A stretch of DNA of 64,000 bases from Synechococcus sp. (lineage in GTDB: Bacteria > Cyanobacteriota > Cyanobacteriia > PCC-6307 > Cyanobiaceae), in NCBI GenBank assembly GCA_047285805.1, contig JBJBCN010000002.1, forward strand, positions 448,001 to 512,000, given 5' to 3'. Shown one piece after another: positions 39,285-49,765 of this stretch (the stretch's first letter is position 1; every line of letters starts with the position of its first letter). A program made the translations under genes and the position numbers. Below the pieces are notes generated by a model, which did not search any database, was not told where the DNA came from, and saw nothing but the letters and a program-made list of their open reading frames with translations.

Positions 39285-39797
39285 TCAGCGGCAAGTGTGC
39301 CTTACGGACAGGGAGGCGGGCCAGTGCCAGATCAAGCGATGTTCTTCTGGGCTGCCGTCGCGGGCTAAGACCAGAACGGGCAGGGGATTTGGCCCTGCTG
39401 ACTCAATGCGGCTTCGGTAACGCGAGAACAGGTCGAGGTAGGCCTGAAGCGTCCAGCCGTTGCACCCTTGGTCTTGGGCGGCCCAGAAGCGTTGGAGCGC
39501 TTCGGAGCAGGCTGCTTTCCCGAAGTCTTCCCAGCACTGTTCCTCGGCCTCACCGCTTGAAAAGCCCGCTCGGATCAGGTTCCGAAAGTGAATTAACTCC
39601 GGAGCTTCCCCGCTGTTGTCGGGGGGCAGTACCGCGCTGAGCTTGCTGATCGGAATGATCCGCAGTCGCAACCAGCAGCGCTCCAGCAGGGCGATGGGCC
39701 GATCACCATCCCAGCGATTGATCAGCTGTTGGCGGGCGCTGAGATCCGCCAGTAGATCCTGTTGATGGGGGGTGAGCCAGTCCCTGAGCTCAGCCAT
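39285..39797 (-). CDS. Hypothetical protein
   Basis: ATG 39797 overlaps the CDF stop; LLERCWLRL and CWEDFG blocks. Confidence 0.7.
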   Translation of the reverse strand: MAELRDWLTPHQQDLLADLSARQQLINRWDGDRPIALLERCWLRLRIIPISKLSAVLPPDNSGEAPELIHFRNLIRAGFSSGEAEEQCWEDFGKAACSEALQRFWAAQDQGCNGWTLQAYLDLFSRYRSRIESAGPNPLPVLVLARDGSPEEHRLIWHWPASLSVRHTCR

Positions 39798-40767
39798 GGG
39801 TCCCCTGGAAGGTGATGGTCGATTCGGCGTACTCCCGAGGTTCCAGGTGAATCGTGCAGCGGACCGGACCAAAGCGGCGCTCGAGATGGTCTTCGACGAG
39901 CTCGGTGATGCGGTGGGCTTTCGGGAGGTCATCGGCATCGACCACCATGTGCAGCTCGATGAAGACTCGTTGACCGAGCACGCCGCGGCTTGCGATGTCG
40001 TGGACGTTGAGAACTCCCGGAACATCCATAGCCGTCTCATGGATGGATTCAGGTGCGATGGCGATTTGATCCACCAGCCAGGGAAGGTTGGTCCTAAGGA
40101 GCTGCCAGCAGACTCTGATCAACAGCAGACAGAGCGGAATCGCCATCGCCACATCCAGCCAGTTCTGTTTGAACAGCACGACTCCGCAGAGGCCCACCAA
40201 AACGACAACCGTCGTCCAGATGTCGCTGGTGGTGTGTTGGGAATCGGCCATCAGGAGCTGATTCCCAAGGCGTTTGCCCTCGCTTCGCTCGTAGCCGGCG
40301 AGCAGCAGGTTGCAGCCCAGAACAATCGAGAGCATGACGAGCTCTTGGCTATCTAGGCGAATGGGTTGCAGTCCCGAGGCGATTCGCTCAAGGGCCGTTC
40401 GCAAGATCTCGAAAGCGGTCAAACAAATGAAGCCAGCAATGGCCAGCGCGCCAATCGCTTCGTATTTGTCATGGCCGTAGGGGTGGTCACGGTCAGGCTT
40501 CGGGTCAGAGAGCCGATTGGTGATCAGTCCCAACAGGCTGGAAAGGCCATCGGTGGCGCTGTGCATGGCATCGGCCAGCAGCGTCAGCGATCCGCTGAGC
40601 AGGCCAATGGTCAACTTCAGCAGGGACATGCCGACGTTGACCCCAAGGGCCACCAGCAGCACCCGCTGCACCTCGGATCGGCGGTCTTCGCGCTCACTAT
40701 TCTGGCCGGCAAGACCCATGGTCCCGGAGGCTGTCTGAGGTCCTTCCACGCTATTGGGTCTGGGCAT
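39790..40767 (-). CDS. Cation diffusion facilitator family transporter (FieF-like)
   Basis: ADAMHSATD, DHPYGHDKYE, DSQHTTSD and C-terminal IHLEP. Confidence 0.93.
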   Translation of the reverse strand: MPRPNSVEGPQTASGTMGLAGQNSEREDRRSEVQRVLLVALGVNVGMSLLKLTIGLLSGSLTLLADAMHSATDGLSSLLGLITNRLSDPKPDRDHPYGHDKYEAIGALAIAGFICLTAFEILRTALERIASGLQPIRLDSQELVMLSIVLGCNLLLAGYERSEGKRLGNQLLMADSQHTTSDIWTTVVVLVGLCGVVLFKQNWLDVAMAIPLCLLLIRVCWQLLRTNLPWLVDQIAIAPESIHETAMDVPGVLNVHDIASRGVLGQRVFIELHMVVDADDLPKAHRITELVEDHLERRFGPVRCTIHLEPREYAESTITFQGTHG

Positions 40768-40790
40768 GGGTTAATAGCTGAGCTAAAGAA

Positions 40791-42230
40791 TTGGCGCAGT
40801 CGCCGAGTTCAGCCCCCCCGTTGACAGTTCCTCAGGTCTCAGCTGAATCCCCTGCGCCGAGGCCCTTGATCCTGGGGGAGCAGCTCAGCGCGAGTTTGTT
40901 CCGCCAAGGTCTACGCCATTGGCCATGGCTGGCAGCGGCCGGGGGTGGCTGGATGCTGTTCGAATCCATCCACGGTCCCCTGTCTTCGCTCGTGAGCGTG
41001 GGTGTGGCTGGCGCGGGCCTCTGGTTATTGGGAGGTCGGATGCGGCCGTCCGGTAAACAGCTGCCCCAGTCTTCCGAGGGCTGGTTGGAGCGCTGCGAGG
41101 CCGTTCTTGAGCAGTTCGAGACCCTCAACCGCAGCGGCAGCGACGAGACCCCAGCCCAGGACGAACGTTTCCAGCGGATTCAGGAGTTGCGCTGCTCCCA
41201 GCTGGATGTTCTGCGTCAGCGGCAACAGGAATCGGCGATCCACCTTGCCCTGGTGGGGACGGTGGCCTGGAGCGAACAGGACCAGAACACAATCCTGGAT
41301 CACTGCCCCTGCGTTCATCCCCTCAGGGTGCATCGCAGCCATGCCTTGCCCCTGTCTCCCCATTCATGGCTTTGGCCGGAGGCCTTTCGACAGTGCGAGC
41401 TGCTGCTGTATCGCCTGGATCTCCCGTTGACAGCGGCGGATCTTCGCTGGCTTGAAGCGCTTCCCGAACAGCAGCGTGTGGGGATTTTGGTGCGGACTCA
41501 GGCTGAGATAGGCGCCCCCCAACAGCTGCACCAGCTGGAGCAGCAGCTTCCTGTTCACCTTCGTGGGCGCTGTTGGCTTCTGGCTGATCAGGAGGCCTGT
41601 GCCTATCAGGATCTATCGGCTTGGTTGGCCGAGTCCACGCCCCTCAGCCGCGAGCGGAACCAACAGCGTTGCCTGCAGGAGCTGCATGACGCGTTGCAGC
41701 TCGAGCTTGAATGCCTGCGGCGTCAGCACTGGTCCAGGCTGCTGCAACGCACCCAATGGACCGTGGCGGCGGGCGTTGTGGTGGCTCCGCTCCCCAGCTT
41801 GGATCTGCTGGTTCTGGCCGCAGCCAATGGCTTGATGCTCCAAGAGATGGCTCGGCTTTGGAATTGTCCTTGGTCCCTTGAGCAATTGCAGGCGGCAGCA
41901 GCCCAGCTTGGAAAAGCAGCGCTGACGCTGGGGGTTGTGGAATGGAGCTCCCAAGCCCTGGCTTCTGTGATCAAGTGGCACGGCCCGACCTGGTTGCTCG
42001 GGGGTGCCATGCAGGCCCTGAGCGCCGCTTATCTGACTCGCGTTGTTGGCCGGGCAATGGCGGATTACATGGCGTTAGCTGCTGGTGTTCCCGAAGAGGA
42101 ATTGGAGGTGTTATTGCAGCGACAGGCCCCTCTGTTGGTGGCTCGGGCTGCTGAAGAAGAGAAGCTCAACTGGAACGCGTTTCTGACCTCAGCACAGCTG
42201 TGGTTGAAGCAGCAACCGCTGCCTGCTTGA
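40791..42230 (+). CDS. DUF697/YcjF family protein
   Basis: C-terminal QWTVAAGVVVAPLPSLDLL and QALSAAYLTRVVG. Confidence 0.8.
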   Translation: MAQSPSSAPPLTVPQVSAESPAPRPLILGEQLSASLFRQGLRHWPWLAAAGGGWMLFESIHGPLSSLVSVGVAGAGLWLLGGRMRPSGKQLPQSSEGWLERCEAVLEQFETLNRSGSDETPAQDERFQRIQELRCSQLDVLRQRQQESAIHLALVGTVAWSEQDQNTILDHCPCVHPLRVHRSHALPLSPHSWLWPEAFRQCELLLYRLDLPLTAADLRWLEALPEQQRVGILVRTQAEIGAPQQLHQLEQQLPVHLRGRCWLLADQEACAYQDLSAWLAESTPLSRERNQQRCLQELHDALQLELECLRRQHWSRLLQRTQWTVAAGVVVAPLPSLDLLVLAAANGLMLQEMARLWNCPWSLEQLQAAAAQLGKAALTLGVVEWSSQALASVIKWHGPTWLLGGAMQALSAAYLTRVVGRAMADYMALAAGVPEEELEVLLQRQAPLLVARAAEEEKLNWNAFLTSAQLWLKQQPLPA

Positions 42231-42264
42231 GCACAAAGGCAGCCACATCGACTTGCTATACATA

Positions 42265-42297
42265 ACTTCATCAAGACTTCATGAAGGCTTCATGAAC
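42265..42297. repeat. Three imperfect 11-bp tandem repeats upstream of psbA
   Basis: ACTTCATCAAG / ACTTCATGAAG / GCTTCATGAAC. Confidence 0.8.
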
Positions 42298-42415
42298 ATT
42301 TTGCTTCTTTTCTGAATTTAATTTTTGCTCCAGGAAATGTTTTCTAGGAGCCTCTAAGGTTTGCAGGCCGTATCTGCGGCATTCGTACTCATTTGGCTCA
42401 ATAGAGCCTCCCTCT

Positions 42416-43492
42416 ATGACCACTGCTCTTCGCAAGAGCGGCTCCAGTTCCTGGACGCAGTTTTGCGAGTGGGTCACCAGCACCGACAACCGCATCTATG
42501 TGGGTTGGTTCGGCGTCCTGATGATTCCTTGCCTGCTGGCCGCCACCATCTGCTACATCGTTGCCTTCATCGCCGCCCCGACGGTGGATATCGATGGCAT
42601 CCGTGAGCCTGTTGCTGGCTCCCTGATCTACGGAAACAACATCATTTCTGGTGCTGTTATCCCCTCCAGTAACGCCATCGGCCTGCACTTCTATCCCATC
42701 TGGGAAGCCGCCAGCCTCGACGAGTGGCTGTACAACGGTGGCCCCTATCAGTTGGTGGTTTTCCACTTCCTGATCGGCATCTCTTGCTACATGGGCCGTC
42801 AGTGGGAACTCTCCTACCGCCTCGGCATGCGCCCCTGGATCTGCGTGGCTTACAGCGCCCCGCTCTCTGCTGCTTTTGCAGTCTTCCTGGTGTATCCCTT
42901 CGGTCAGGGCTCCTTCTCGGATGGCATGCCTCTGGGCATCTCCGGTACCTTCAACTTCATGTTGGTGTTCCAGGCTGAGCACAACATCCTGATGCACCCC
43001 TTCCACATGCTTGGTGTGGCTGGTGTGTTCGGTGGTTCCCTGTTCTCCGCCATGCACGGCTCCCTGGTGACCTCTTCCCTGGTGCGTGAAACCACCGAGA
43101 GTGAGTCCCAGAACTACGGCTACAAGTTCGGCCAAGAGGAAGAGACCTACAACATCGTGGCTGCCCACGGTTACTTCGGTCGCCTGATCTTCCAATATGC
43201 GTCCTTTAACAACAGCCGCAGCCTCCACTTCTTCCTGGGCGCTTGGCCTGTTGTCGGTATCTGGTTCACCTCCATGGGCGTTAGCACCATGGCGTTCAAC
43301 CTGAACGGCTTCAACTTCAACCAGTCGATCCTGGATTCCCAGGGTCGTGTGCTGAACACCTGGGCTGACGTGCTGAACCGCGCCAACCTCGGTATGGAAG
43401 TGATGCACGAGCGCAACGCTCACAACTTCCCCCTCGACCTGGCTGCTGTTGAGTCCACCCCCGTGGCTCTGACTGCTCCCGCGATCGGTTGA
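42416..43492 (+). CDS. psbA: Photosystem II D1 protein, D1:1-type
   Basis: Canonical D1 sequence; MGRQWE has Gln at the position-130 equivalent; ends HNFPLDLA plus the C-terminal extension. Confidence 0.99.
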   Translation: MTTALRKSGSSSWTQFCEWVTSTDNRIYVGWFGVLMIPCLLAATICYIVAFIAAPTVDIDGIREPVAGSLIYGNNIISGAVIPSSNAIGLHFYPIWEAASLDEWLYNGGPYQLVVFHFLIGISCYMGRQWELSYRLGMRPWICVAYSAPLSAAFAVFLVYPFGQGSFSDGMPLGISGTFNFMLVFQAEHNILMHPFHMLGVAGVFGGSLFSAMHGSLVTSSLVRETTESESQNYGYKFGQEEETYNIVAAHGYFGRLIFQYASFNNSRSLHFFLGAWPVVGIWFTSMGVSTMAFNLNGFNFNQSILDSQGRVLNTWADVLNRANLGMEVMHERNAHNFPLDLAAVESTPVALTAPAIG

Positions 43493-43525
43493 TCTCAAAC
43501 ACTGGCTGATTTCAGCCAAACCTGG

Positions 43526-43552
43526 GCCCCCCGCTTCGGCGGGGGCTTTTTT
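43526..43552 (+). terminator. Rho-independent terminator of psbA
   Basis: CCCCCGC-TTCG-GCGGGGG stem-loop followed by CTTTTTT. Confidence 0.92.
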
Positions 43553-43600
43553 GTTGGCCTTGAGGGGTTTTGATGGGATTGCAGCTGTTTTGGCCTGTCG

Positions 43601-44428
43601 TTGTCTTCCGCTTCAGCCCTGTGCCCCCTGCGCTTGGCCGTGGTCGGCCATGTCGAGTGGGTGGAATTCCTTGCGGTTGATCAACTGCCCCGTCCTGGAG
43701 CCATTGGTCATGCACTGCGTACCCTGCAGGAACCCGCAGGCGGTGGCGCTGTCGTTGCGGTGCAGATGGCACGGTTGCTCCAGCAGCCCGTCCAGTTCTT
43801 CACGGCCATGGGCCGCGATGAAGTTGGGCAAGCCTGCGTGCAGCGCCTCGAGCAACTGGGCCTTGAGGTTCACGTCGCTTGGAGGGAGGCCCCAACCCGG
43901 CGGGGCCTGAGCTTGGTGGATGGCGAGGGGGACCGGGCGATCACCGTGATCGGTGAGCGGCTGACCCCAACCCTTGAGGACCCACTGCCTTGGTCGGCCC
44001 TCGCCGATTGCGATGGCCTCTTTGTCACTGCCGCCGATGCCCCTTTGTTGAAGGCCTGCCGTGCTGCTGCAGTGCTGGCTGCGACTCCGCGGGTTCGTCT
44101 GCCTGTGTTGCAGGAGGCCCGGGTGGCCCTCGACGCCTTGATTGGCAGTGGCCTTGACCCAGCGGAGCGGGTGGATCCGGCGCAGTTGAACCCACCACCG
44201 CAGACGCTGATCCGCACGGAGGGTTCCTCGGGGGGACTCAGTCTTCCAGGCGGACGCTATGCGCCTGCAGCGCTTCCGGGGCCGATGGTGGAGAGCTACG
44301 GCTGTGGTGACAGCTTTGCGGCGGGGGTAGTAACGGGCTTGGCTGCTCGCTGGTCCCTGGCACAGGCCATCGCCTTGGGGGCCCAGTGTGGTGCGGCCTG
44401 TGCGACGCGCTTTGGCCCCTATGGCTAG
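43601..44428 (+). CDS. PfkB family carbohydrate kinase
   Basis: PAGGGAV, MGRDEVG and ESYGCGDSFAAG motifs. Confidence 0.9.
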   Translation: MSSASALCPLRLAVVGHVEWVEFLAVDQLPRPGAIGHALRTLQEPAGGGAVVAVQMARLLQQPVQFFTAMGRDEVGQACVQRLEQLGLEVHVAWREAPTRRGLSLVDGEGDRAITVIGERLTPTLEDPLPWSALADCDGLFVTAADAPLLKACRAAAVLAATPRVRLPVLQEARVALDALIGSGLDPAERVDPAQLNPPPQTLIRTEGSSGGLSLPGGRYAPAALPGPMVESYGCGDSFAAGVVTGLAARWSLAQAIALGAQCGAACATRFGPYG

Positions 44429-44555
44429 TTAACTGGGACGCTTGGGCCTGCGGGTGCTCAGGGTGACCTTTACCACGGCCTCGATCATCGAGTAGCTCCG
44501 CTCCGATTGGACCGGTGGTGGCTTGGCTGCTTTTTGTGCAGTTGGAGCGCCGTCT

Positions 44556-44849
44556 TCAAGCGGGCTCCACGGATGAACCCGAAGAGCCATTGAGCTGACT
44601 GACGCTGACCCCCGCCGGTGCGCAGAGGTAGGTCCCGTCCCCCACCCGCTCCACGCGGCCATCGAGGGCGAGGACCGCACCCGCCACAAAATCCAAGATC
44701 CGCTGGGATTCGCTCAGCTCCATCCCTTCGAGCTGGAGCACAACGCACTGCCGCTCTCGGACGGACTCCACGGCATCACTGGCCTGCTCGAACTGCTGAC
44801 AGCGCAGCACCGTCACCTGCGGCAGCCAGATACCAAATGGTGTCTGCAT
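44556..44849 (-). CDS. Short SepF-domain protein
   Basis: FEQASDAVESVRERQCVVLQL...SQRILDFVAGAVLALDG...YLCAP is the SepF core; start ATG 44849. Confidence 0.82.
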   Translation of the reverse strand: MQTPFGIWLPQVTVLRCQQFEQASDAVESVRERQCVVLQLEGMELSESQRILDFVAGAVLALDGRVERVGDGTYLCAPAGVSVSQLNGSSGSSVEPA

Positions 44850-45013
44850 GGCCCGTTCGAGCAACGCTGTCCGTGTTCTGCCCCATGGACGAGCCTCTGT
44901 CCAGGTGCAGCGGGTATGGGCCGTGATTGTTGAAACGTGCGTGGATCGATCGATCCATTCACCTATGGCCTTCTGGCCTGCGATCATCGAAACAGCTTTG
45001 CCGAGGACGGGGC

Positions 45014-45811
45014 TTGCAAGCACTGGACCACCAGATACTGCTGGCCTTCCTCCTCACCCTCGGAGCAGGTCTTTCGACCGGCATCGGCAGTTGGCTCGGG
45101 GTGCTCAGCCGCCGTTTCAGCCCAGGCCTGCTGACCACCGCCTTGAGCTTCTCGGCCGGCGTCATGATCTTTGTGTCCTTCGTGGAAATTTTCCCGAAGG
45201 CGCGTCAGTCTCTGACACCTGCCATGGGCACCAGCACCGCTTACCTTGTGACGGTCCTGGCATTTTTTGCGGGGATGTTGGCGCTGGCGCTGATCGATCG
45301 GATGCTGCCGTCCCATGAGCTGGCGATCTTGCCATTGCGTGAGGGTGGTGATTCATCCGCCCTAATGCGTACGGGCCTGTTCTCGGCCCTCGCCATCGCG
45401 ATCCATAACTTCCCCGAGGGGCTCGCCACCTTTGTGGCGGCCCTCTCCGAGCCCCGGCTTGGCATTGGCATCGCCATTGCCATCGCTATTCACAACATTC
45501 CTGAGGGGTTGGCGGTGTCAGCCCCCGTCTATTACGCGACCGGCAGCCGCAGTAAGGCCTTCTGGATTTCCTTTGCCTCCGGATTGGCGGAACCGTTTGG
45601 AGCGCTCATCGGCTATCTCTTCCTACGATCGTTCCTCAACGACGTGGTCCTTGGTCTGGTCTTCTCCAGCGTTGCCGGAATCATGATCTATATCTGCTTT
45701 GACGAGCTGCTGCCGGCGGCGCAGCGTACCGGTGCGAAGCACCATCTGATGATGGTTGGCGTGACTACCGGAATGTTGGTGATGAGCATCAGCTTGGTGA
45801 TGCTCAGTTAA
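45014..45811 (+). CDS. zupT: ZIP family zinc/divalent metal transporter ZupT
   Basis: LSTGIG, FSAGVMIFVSF, HNFPEG, HNIPEG, SGLAEP and DELLP; start uncertain (TTG 45014 or CTG 45023). Confidence 0.92.
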   Translation: MQALDHQILLAFLLTLGAGLSTGIGSWLGVLSRRFSPGLLTTALSFSAGVMIFVSFVEIFPKARQSLTPAMGTSTAYLVTVLAFFAGMLALALIDRMLPSHELAILPLREGGDSSALMRTGLFSALAIAIHNFPEGLATFVAALSEPRLGIGIAIAIAIHNIPEGLAVSAPVYYATGSRSKAFWISFASGLAEPFGALIGYLFLRSFLNDVVLGLVFSSVAGIMIYICFDELLPAAQRTGAKHHLMMVGVTTGMLVMSISLVMLS

Positions 45812-45819
45812 CGCGCCCG

Positions 45820-46980
45820 ATGGTTGCCGTTTCTGATCAACGCTGGCCGTGGTGGCCGCTGCTGCCGCTCTATCCCTACGGACGCAAGCGCACCTTGGTG
45901 CGCGAATTGATCCCTGAGCAGCTCTGGAGCTTCGAGCAGTTGCAGGGTGTCTTCTATGTCGCGGTCCCCATCCGCATGACCGTGGTCCGGGTGCGGGGGG
46001 GCTTGATGCTTTATGCCCCCGTGGCGCCCACCGCAGAGGTCCGCCAAGGGCTGAAGGACCTTGAGGAGCGCTTTGGACCGGTCAGGACGATCGTTTTGCC
46101 GACGGCTTCAGGGTTGGAACACAAGTTGCCAGTTCCGCCCATGGCCCGGGCCTTTCCATTGGCGGACGTCTGGATCACCCCAGGCCAGTGGAGTTTTCCG
46201 ATCAATTTGCCCATGTCCTGGCTGGGCTTCCCCCGGGGGCGGACACGGGTTCTGCAGGAGCAGGGCTACCCCCATGCTGACGAGCTCAGCTGGTCATCCC
46301 TAGGCCCTCTCGATCTGGGCTTGGGGCGTTTCCAGGAATTTGCCTGTTTGCACCAGGCCAGTGGCTCACTGCTTCTCACCGATGCCTTGGTCGCCATCAA
46401 TCCAACACCGCCACCCATCTTTGATCTCGACCCGACGCCCCTTTTGTTCCACGCGCGTGACAGTGGTGACCAGCTGCTGACGGACACCCCGGAATTCCGC
46501 CAGAAGGGCTGGGAACGCTTGGCTCTCTTTGCCTCGTTTCTACGGCCGGAGGCCCTTCAGGTCCTCCCCATTGCAGAGTTGTTGGAGAAGGCCTTCAAGC
46601 CCGGCTGTCGATCGGCCCGCAGTTACTTCGGCTTGTTTCCCTTTCATTGGCGCTCGAGTTCCCGCGAGGCTTTTCTCGCGTTGAGCCAGAAGAGCGGCAC
46701 GCTGCTGGTGGTGCCAGTGCTTGAGCGACTGGTCTTTCCGCGGGCCCGCCCCGTCCTGGTCCGTTGGCTGAAGGAGTTGTCACAACTGCCGCAGGTGCGC
46801 TGGCTGGTGCCAGCCCACTACGACGCTCCGGTTCCCTGCTCCAATGACCAGCTCGCCCAGCTAGCCCAGGCGTTCGAGGCTCGTCAATGGGCTCCGTCCG
46901 AGGGCAACTGGGATTACCTGGCCTCCATCGACCGGCTGCTGCTGCGCATCGGTGTGGTGCCCAGTGAGGAGTCCATTTAA
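45820..46980 (+). CDS. DUF4336 domain protein
   Basis: WPLLPLYPYGRKRT, PIRMTVV, TASGLEHK and VPAHY motifs. Confidence 0.85.
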   Translation: MVAVSDQRWPWWPLLPLYPYGRKRTLVRELIPEQLWSFEQLQGVFYVAVPIRMTVVRVRGGLMLYAPVAPTAEVRQGLKDLEERFGPVRTIVLPTASGLEHKLPVPPMARAFPLADVWITPGQWSFPINLPMSWLGFPRGRTRVLQEQGYPHADELSWSSLGPLDLGLGRFQEFACLHQASGSLLLTDALVAINPTPPPIFDLDPTPLLFHARDSGDQLLTDTPEFRQKGWERLALFASFLRPEALQVLPIAELLEKAFKPGCRSARSYFGLFPFHWRSSSREAFLALSQKSGTLLVVPVLERLVFPRARPVLVRWLKELSQLPQVRWLVPAHYDAPVPCSNDQLAQLAQAFEARQWAPSEGNWDYLASIDRLLLRIGVVPSEESI

Positions 46981-46983
46981 GGC

Positions 46984-47331
46984 CTAGAGTCGCAGCTCCC
47001 CGGGGTTGGCCTCGGCACCGCCATCGTCAAACAAGGTGGATTCCAGCTCCATCCGCTGCTCCATTTGACGCAGGAAGTAGCCGGTCATCATCGCGGAGGC
47101 CAGCAACCCCGCCAGCTGGTCGCGGCTGGAGGTGATCTTCACGTCGAACTGTTCGCCGGGGATCATCCCCAGCAGGCCTTGGACGTTGTGCCGAATGATG
47201 TCCTGGATATCGTCGCTGGCCGAGCGAGCCACGCGTTGCAACACGTCCGGAGACTGATCCTGCAGATACTGAATCAGGGAGTTGCTGCTGATCGGTTCGC
47301 TGTCGCTGGTCAGGAACTCCGGGTTGAACAT
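46984..47331 (-). CDS. DUF760 domain protein
   Basis: HNVQGLLG and LLASAMMTGYFLRQMEQR; start ATG 47331. Confidence 0.88.
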   Translation of the reverse strand: MFNPEFLTSDSEPISSNSLIQYLQDQSPDVLQRVARSASDDIQDIIRHNVQGLLGMIPGEQFDVKITSSRDQLAGLLASAMMTGYFLRQMEQRMELESTLFDDGGAEANPGELRL

Positions 47332-47360
47332 TCCGGCGTGCTCCACGTGAGCTCTGCACC

Positions 47361-47963
47361 CTACCCCAGCTGATTGTCGGCACCTGGGGCGGGGAACCGA
47401 ATCAGGCCGGCACGATTCAGGGGCCAGTAGCGGATCACCGCGGTGCCGATTAAATCCTTCTCTGGCAGGGGGCCCCACACGTGGGAATCGAGGCTGGAAT
47501 TGCGGTTGTCCCCCAAGACCAGGAGGTGGTGATCGGGAACCGTCACCGGGCCGAAGGTGTAGTCGATAGCTTCGCGGCGCCAGGGTTCAGAGACCCCCTT
47601 GCCATTGCGCAGGAGCATCCCGTCACGCACTTCCACCACGTCCCCGGGTTGGCCGATGACCCGTTTGATCAAGGCCGCCGTTGGGTCGTAGCCGGCCGCC
47701 ACCAGTGGTTCCGGGGCGCGAAAGACAACGATGCTTCCCGTTGGCACGCCGGAGCCGAGCTTCGGTCTGACCTTTTCCACGAGAATCCGGTCCTTGAGTT
47801 CCAGGGTGGGCAGCATCGAGCCCGAGGGAATCCAGCGCGGTTCCAGGACCGCCCAGCGCAGCACCAGGGCCAAGCCCAGCCAGACCAGGACGGACCTCCA
47901 GCCCTTTGCGACAGACCCAGGTGCTTGCGGCGGTGTCTCCATGGGTTGGGCTTGGGCCGTCAT
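47361..47963 (-). CDS. lepB: Signal peptidase I
   Basis: IPSGSMLPTL, IKRVIG and GDNRNSSLDSH motifs. Confidence 0.95.
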   Translation of the reverse strand: MTAQAQPMETPPQAPGSVAKGWRSVLVWLGLALVLRWAVLEPRWIPSGSMLPTLELKDRILVEKVRPKLGSGVPTGSIVVFRAPEPLVAAGYDPTAALIKRVIGQPGDVVEVRDGMLLRNGKGVSEPWRREAIDYTFGPVTVPDHHLLVLGDNRNSSLDSHVWGPLPEKDLIGTAVIRYWPLNRAGLIRFPAPGADNQLG

Positions 47964-47995
47964 GATCGTCACATCCTGATCAACGGCCCGCTGCG

Positions 47996-49765
47996 GTGCC
48001 TCTTCCCGCGCCCCACCCCTGTAGTGCCGAGGCGAATCTTCAGGCCTCCTTGGCACTCTTGCTGGAGCTCCAACGCCAGGGGTTGCGGCGTTTGGTGCTG
48101 TGTCCGGGGAGCCGCTCAGCCCCATTGGCCCTGGCGGCGGGTCTGCTGGCCGAGCGGGGATTGGACCTGTACTGCGGCGTGGATGAGCGATCGGCTGCGT
48201 TCCTCGCCCTGGGTTTGAGCCGAGGCGACGGCATCCCTGCCGCCCTGGTGACCACCTCCGGAACCGCCGTGGCCAACTTGCTGCCTGCCGTTGTCGAGGC
48301 TGATTTTGGTGCGATTCCGCTTCTGGTGCTTAGTGCGGATCGACCGAGCCGATTGAAGGATTGTGGTGCCAATCAGACTGTCAATCAGGAGACGTTCTTG
48401 GCGACCTCGTGCCGGCGTTTTCTGCAGGGGGATTCCAGGGGCCTGGCTGCCATGGAGGCTGGGGCGTTGCAGGACCTCGCCCGGGAGGCCTGGGCCTCAG
48501 CGTTGGCCTCTCCCTGGGGGCCTGTGCACTGCAACCTCCCCTTTGAGGAGCCCCTGCATGCCTCGGCGGAGAGCCTCAGCCGGCTGCAGGCGGAGCTGGG
48601 TTCGCTGGTTCTCGAGGTCGTCCGCGGCGATAACGGCGTTGCTGAGCCAGAGGCCCCCCCTCTCCTTTTGGACTTCGATCGTCCAGGCGTGGTGGTGGCC
48701 GGCCCCTGGCGCGATAGCGCCGAGGCCCTGCCAGGCTTTGCCGCAGCCTTACAAGGTCTGCAAGAGCGCACTGGCTGGCCAGTGTTTGCGGACGTGCTCT
48801 CCGGGTTGCGGGGCTGGCCAGGGCTCGAGTGCATCCACAGCTATGACTTGCTGTTGGCGGATGGCCATCGCTTGCCGCCCTCCCCTCAGCTGCTGCGCCT
48901 GGGCCCGGTGCCTGCCAGTCGCAGGCTCCAGGGATGGATTCAGCAGTGCGCCGGCCCCCAGCTGTTGGTGAGCGAGGGGGACCCCCGCAACCTCGATGCC
49001 CTCGGTGGCGCAACGGCGCGCTGGTCCATGGGCTTGGCGTCCTGGTGGCATCAGTTGTCTGGCGACCAGGGGCAAGGGCGCCCTTCGAGCGAGAACAAGC
49101 GTTGGCGCGGCCTCTGGCTCTCCGCCGAGCAGCATGTCCAGCGTCGCCTGGATGCGGACCTAGCTGGTTCGTCCCCTTCCGAGCCTGCGTTGGCCCGTTG
49201 CCTCAGCCGTCTTCTTCCGGCCGATTGGGGCCTGATGCTCGCCAGCAGCAGTCCCGTGCGGGATTGGGAGAGTTTTTCGGCAGCGGATGCCCCTTGCCGC
49301 CGGACCAATGGCTTCCGCGGGGCCTCAGGCATTGACGGCACGCTCTCCATCGCGGCTGGCTTGGCCTGCAGCACCGGTCCAACCCTCCTGATAACCGGCG
49401 ATCTGGCCCTTCTGCACGATGCCAATGGATGGCTGTGGCACCAGCAGCTGCAGGCGCGTGGTGCGCGCTTGACGGTCGTGATGGTGGACAACGGCGGCGG
49501 GGGGATCTTTGAGCAGTTGCCGATCCGCCCGGCCCTTGACTTCGAGCGTCTATTCGCCATGCCCCAAGCCCTGGACCACCAGCGTTGGGCCGCGGGCTAT
49601 GGCATTCCTTCCCGCGATGTCGCGAGCCTGGAGGCCTTGCCTGAGGCCTTATCTTGGGCGCTAGAGCACACCCTGAGCCTGTTGGTGCTGCGCACGGATC
49701 GCCAGGCGGATGCCCAGTTGCGTCAGGCCTTGCGCCGCACAATGGTCCAACTCGCCACCAGCTGA
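47996..49765 (+). CDS. menD: SEPHCHC synthase
   Basis: [41 protein letters not shown] and NGGGGIF motifs. Confidence 0.96.
   Translation: MPLPAPHPCSAEANLQASLALLLELQRQGLRRLVLCPGSRSAPLALAAGLLAERGLDLYCGVDERSAAFLALGLSRGDGIPAALVTTSGTAVANLLPAVVEADFGAIPLLVLSADRPSRLKDCGANQTVNQETFLATSCRRFLQGDSRGLAAMEAGALQDLAREAWASALASPWGPVHCNLPFEEPLHASAESLSRLQAELGSLVLEVVRGDNGVAEPEAPPLLLDFDRPGVVVAGPWRDSAEALPGFAAALQGLQERTGWPVFADVLSGLRGWPGLECIHSYDLLLADGHRLPPSPQLLRLGPVPASRRLQGWIQQCAGPQLLVSEGDPRNLDALGGATARWSMGLASWWHQLSGDQGQGRPSSENKRWRGLWLSAEQHVQRRLDADLAGSSPSEPALARCLSRLLPADWGLMLASSSPVRDWESFSAADAPCRRTNGFRGASGIDGTLSIAAGLACSTGPTLLITGDLALLHDANGWLWHQQLQARGARLTVVMVDNGGGGIFEQLPIRPALDFERLFAMPQALDHQRWAAGYGIPSRDVASLEALPEALSWALEHTLSLLVLRTDRQADAQLRQALRRTMVQLATS

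Noticed and set aside
42398..43519. 373-aa ORF antisense to psbA
   Set aside because: It mirrors the strongly biased psbA codons and has no independent evidence.
21583..44428. Three sugar kinases (ROK, Glk, PfkB) as a single system
   Set aside because: They are dispersed in unrelated operons and are common household genes.
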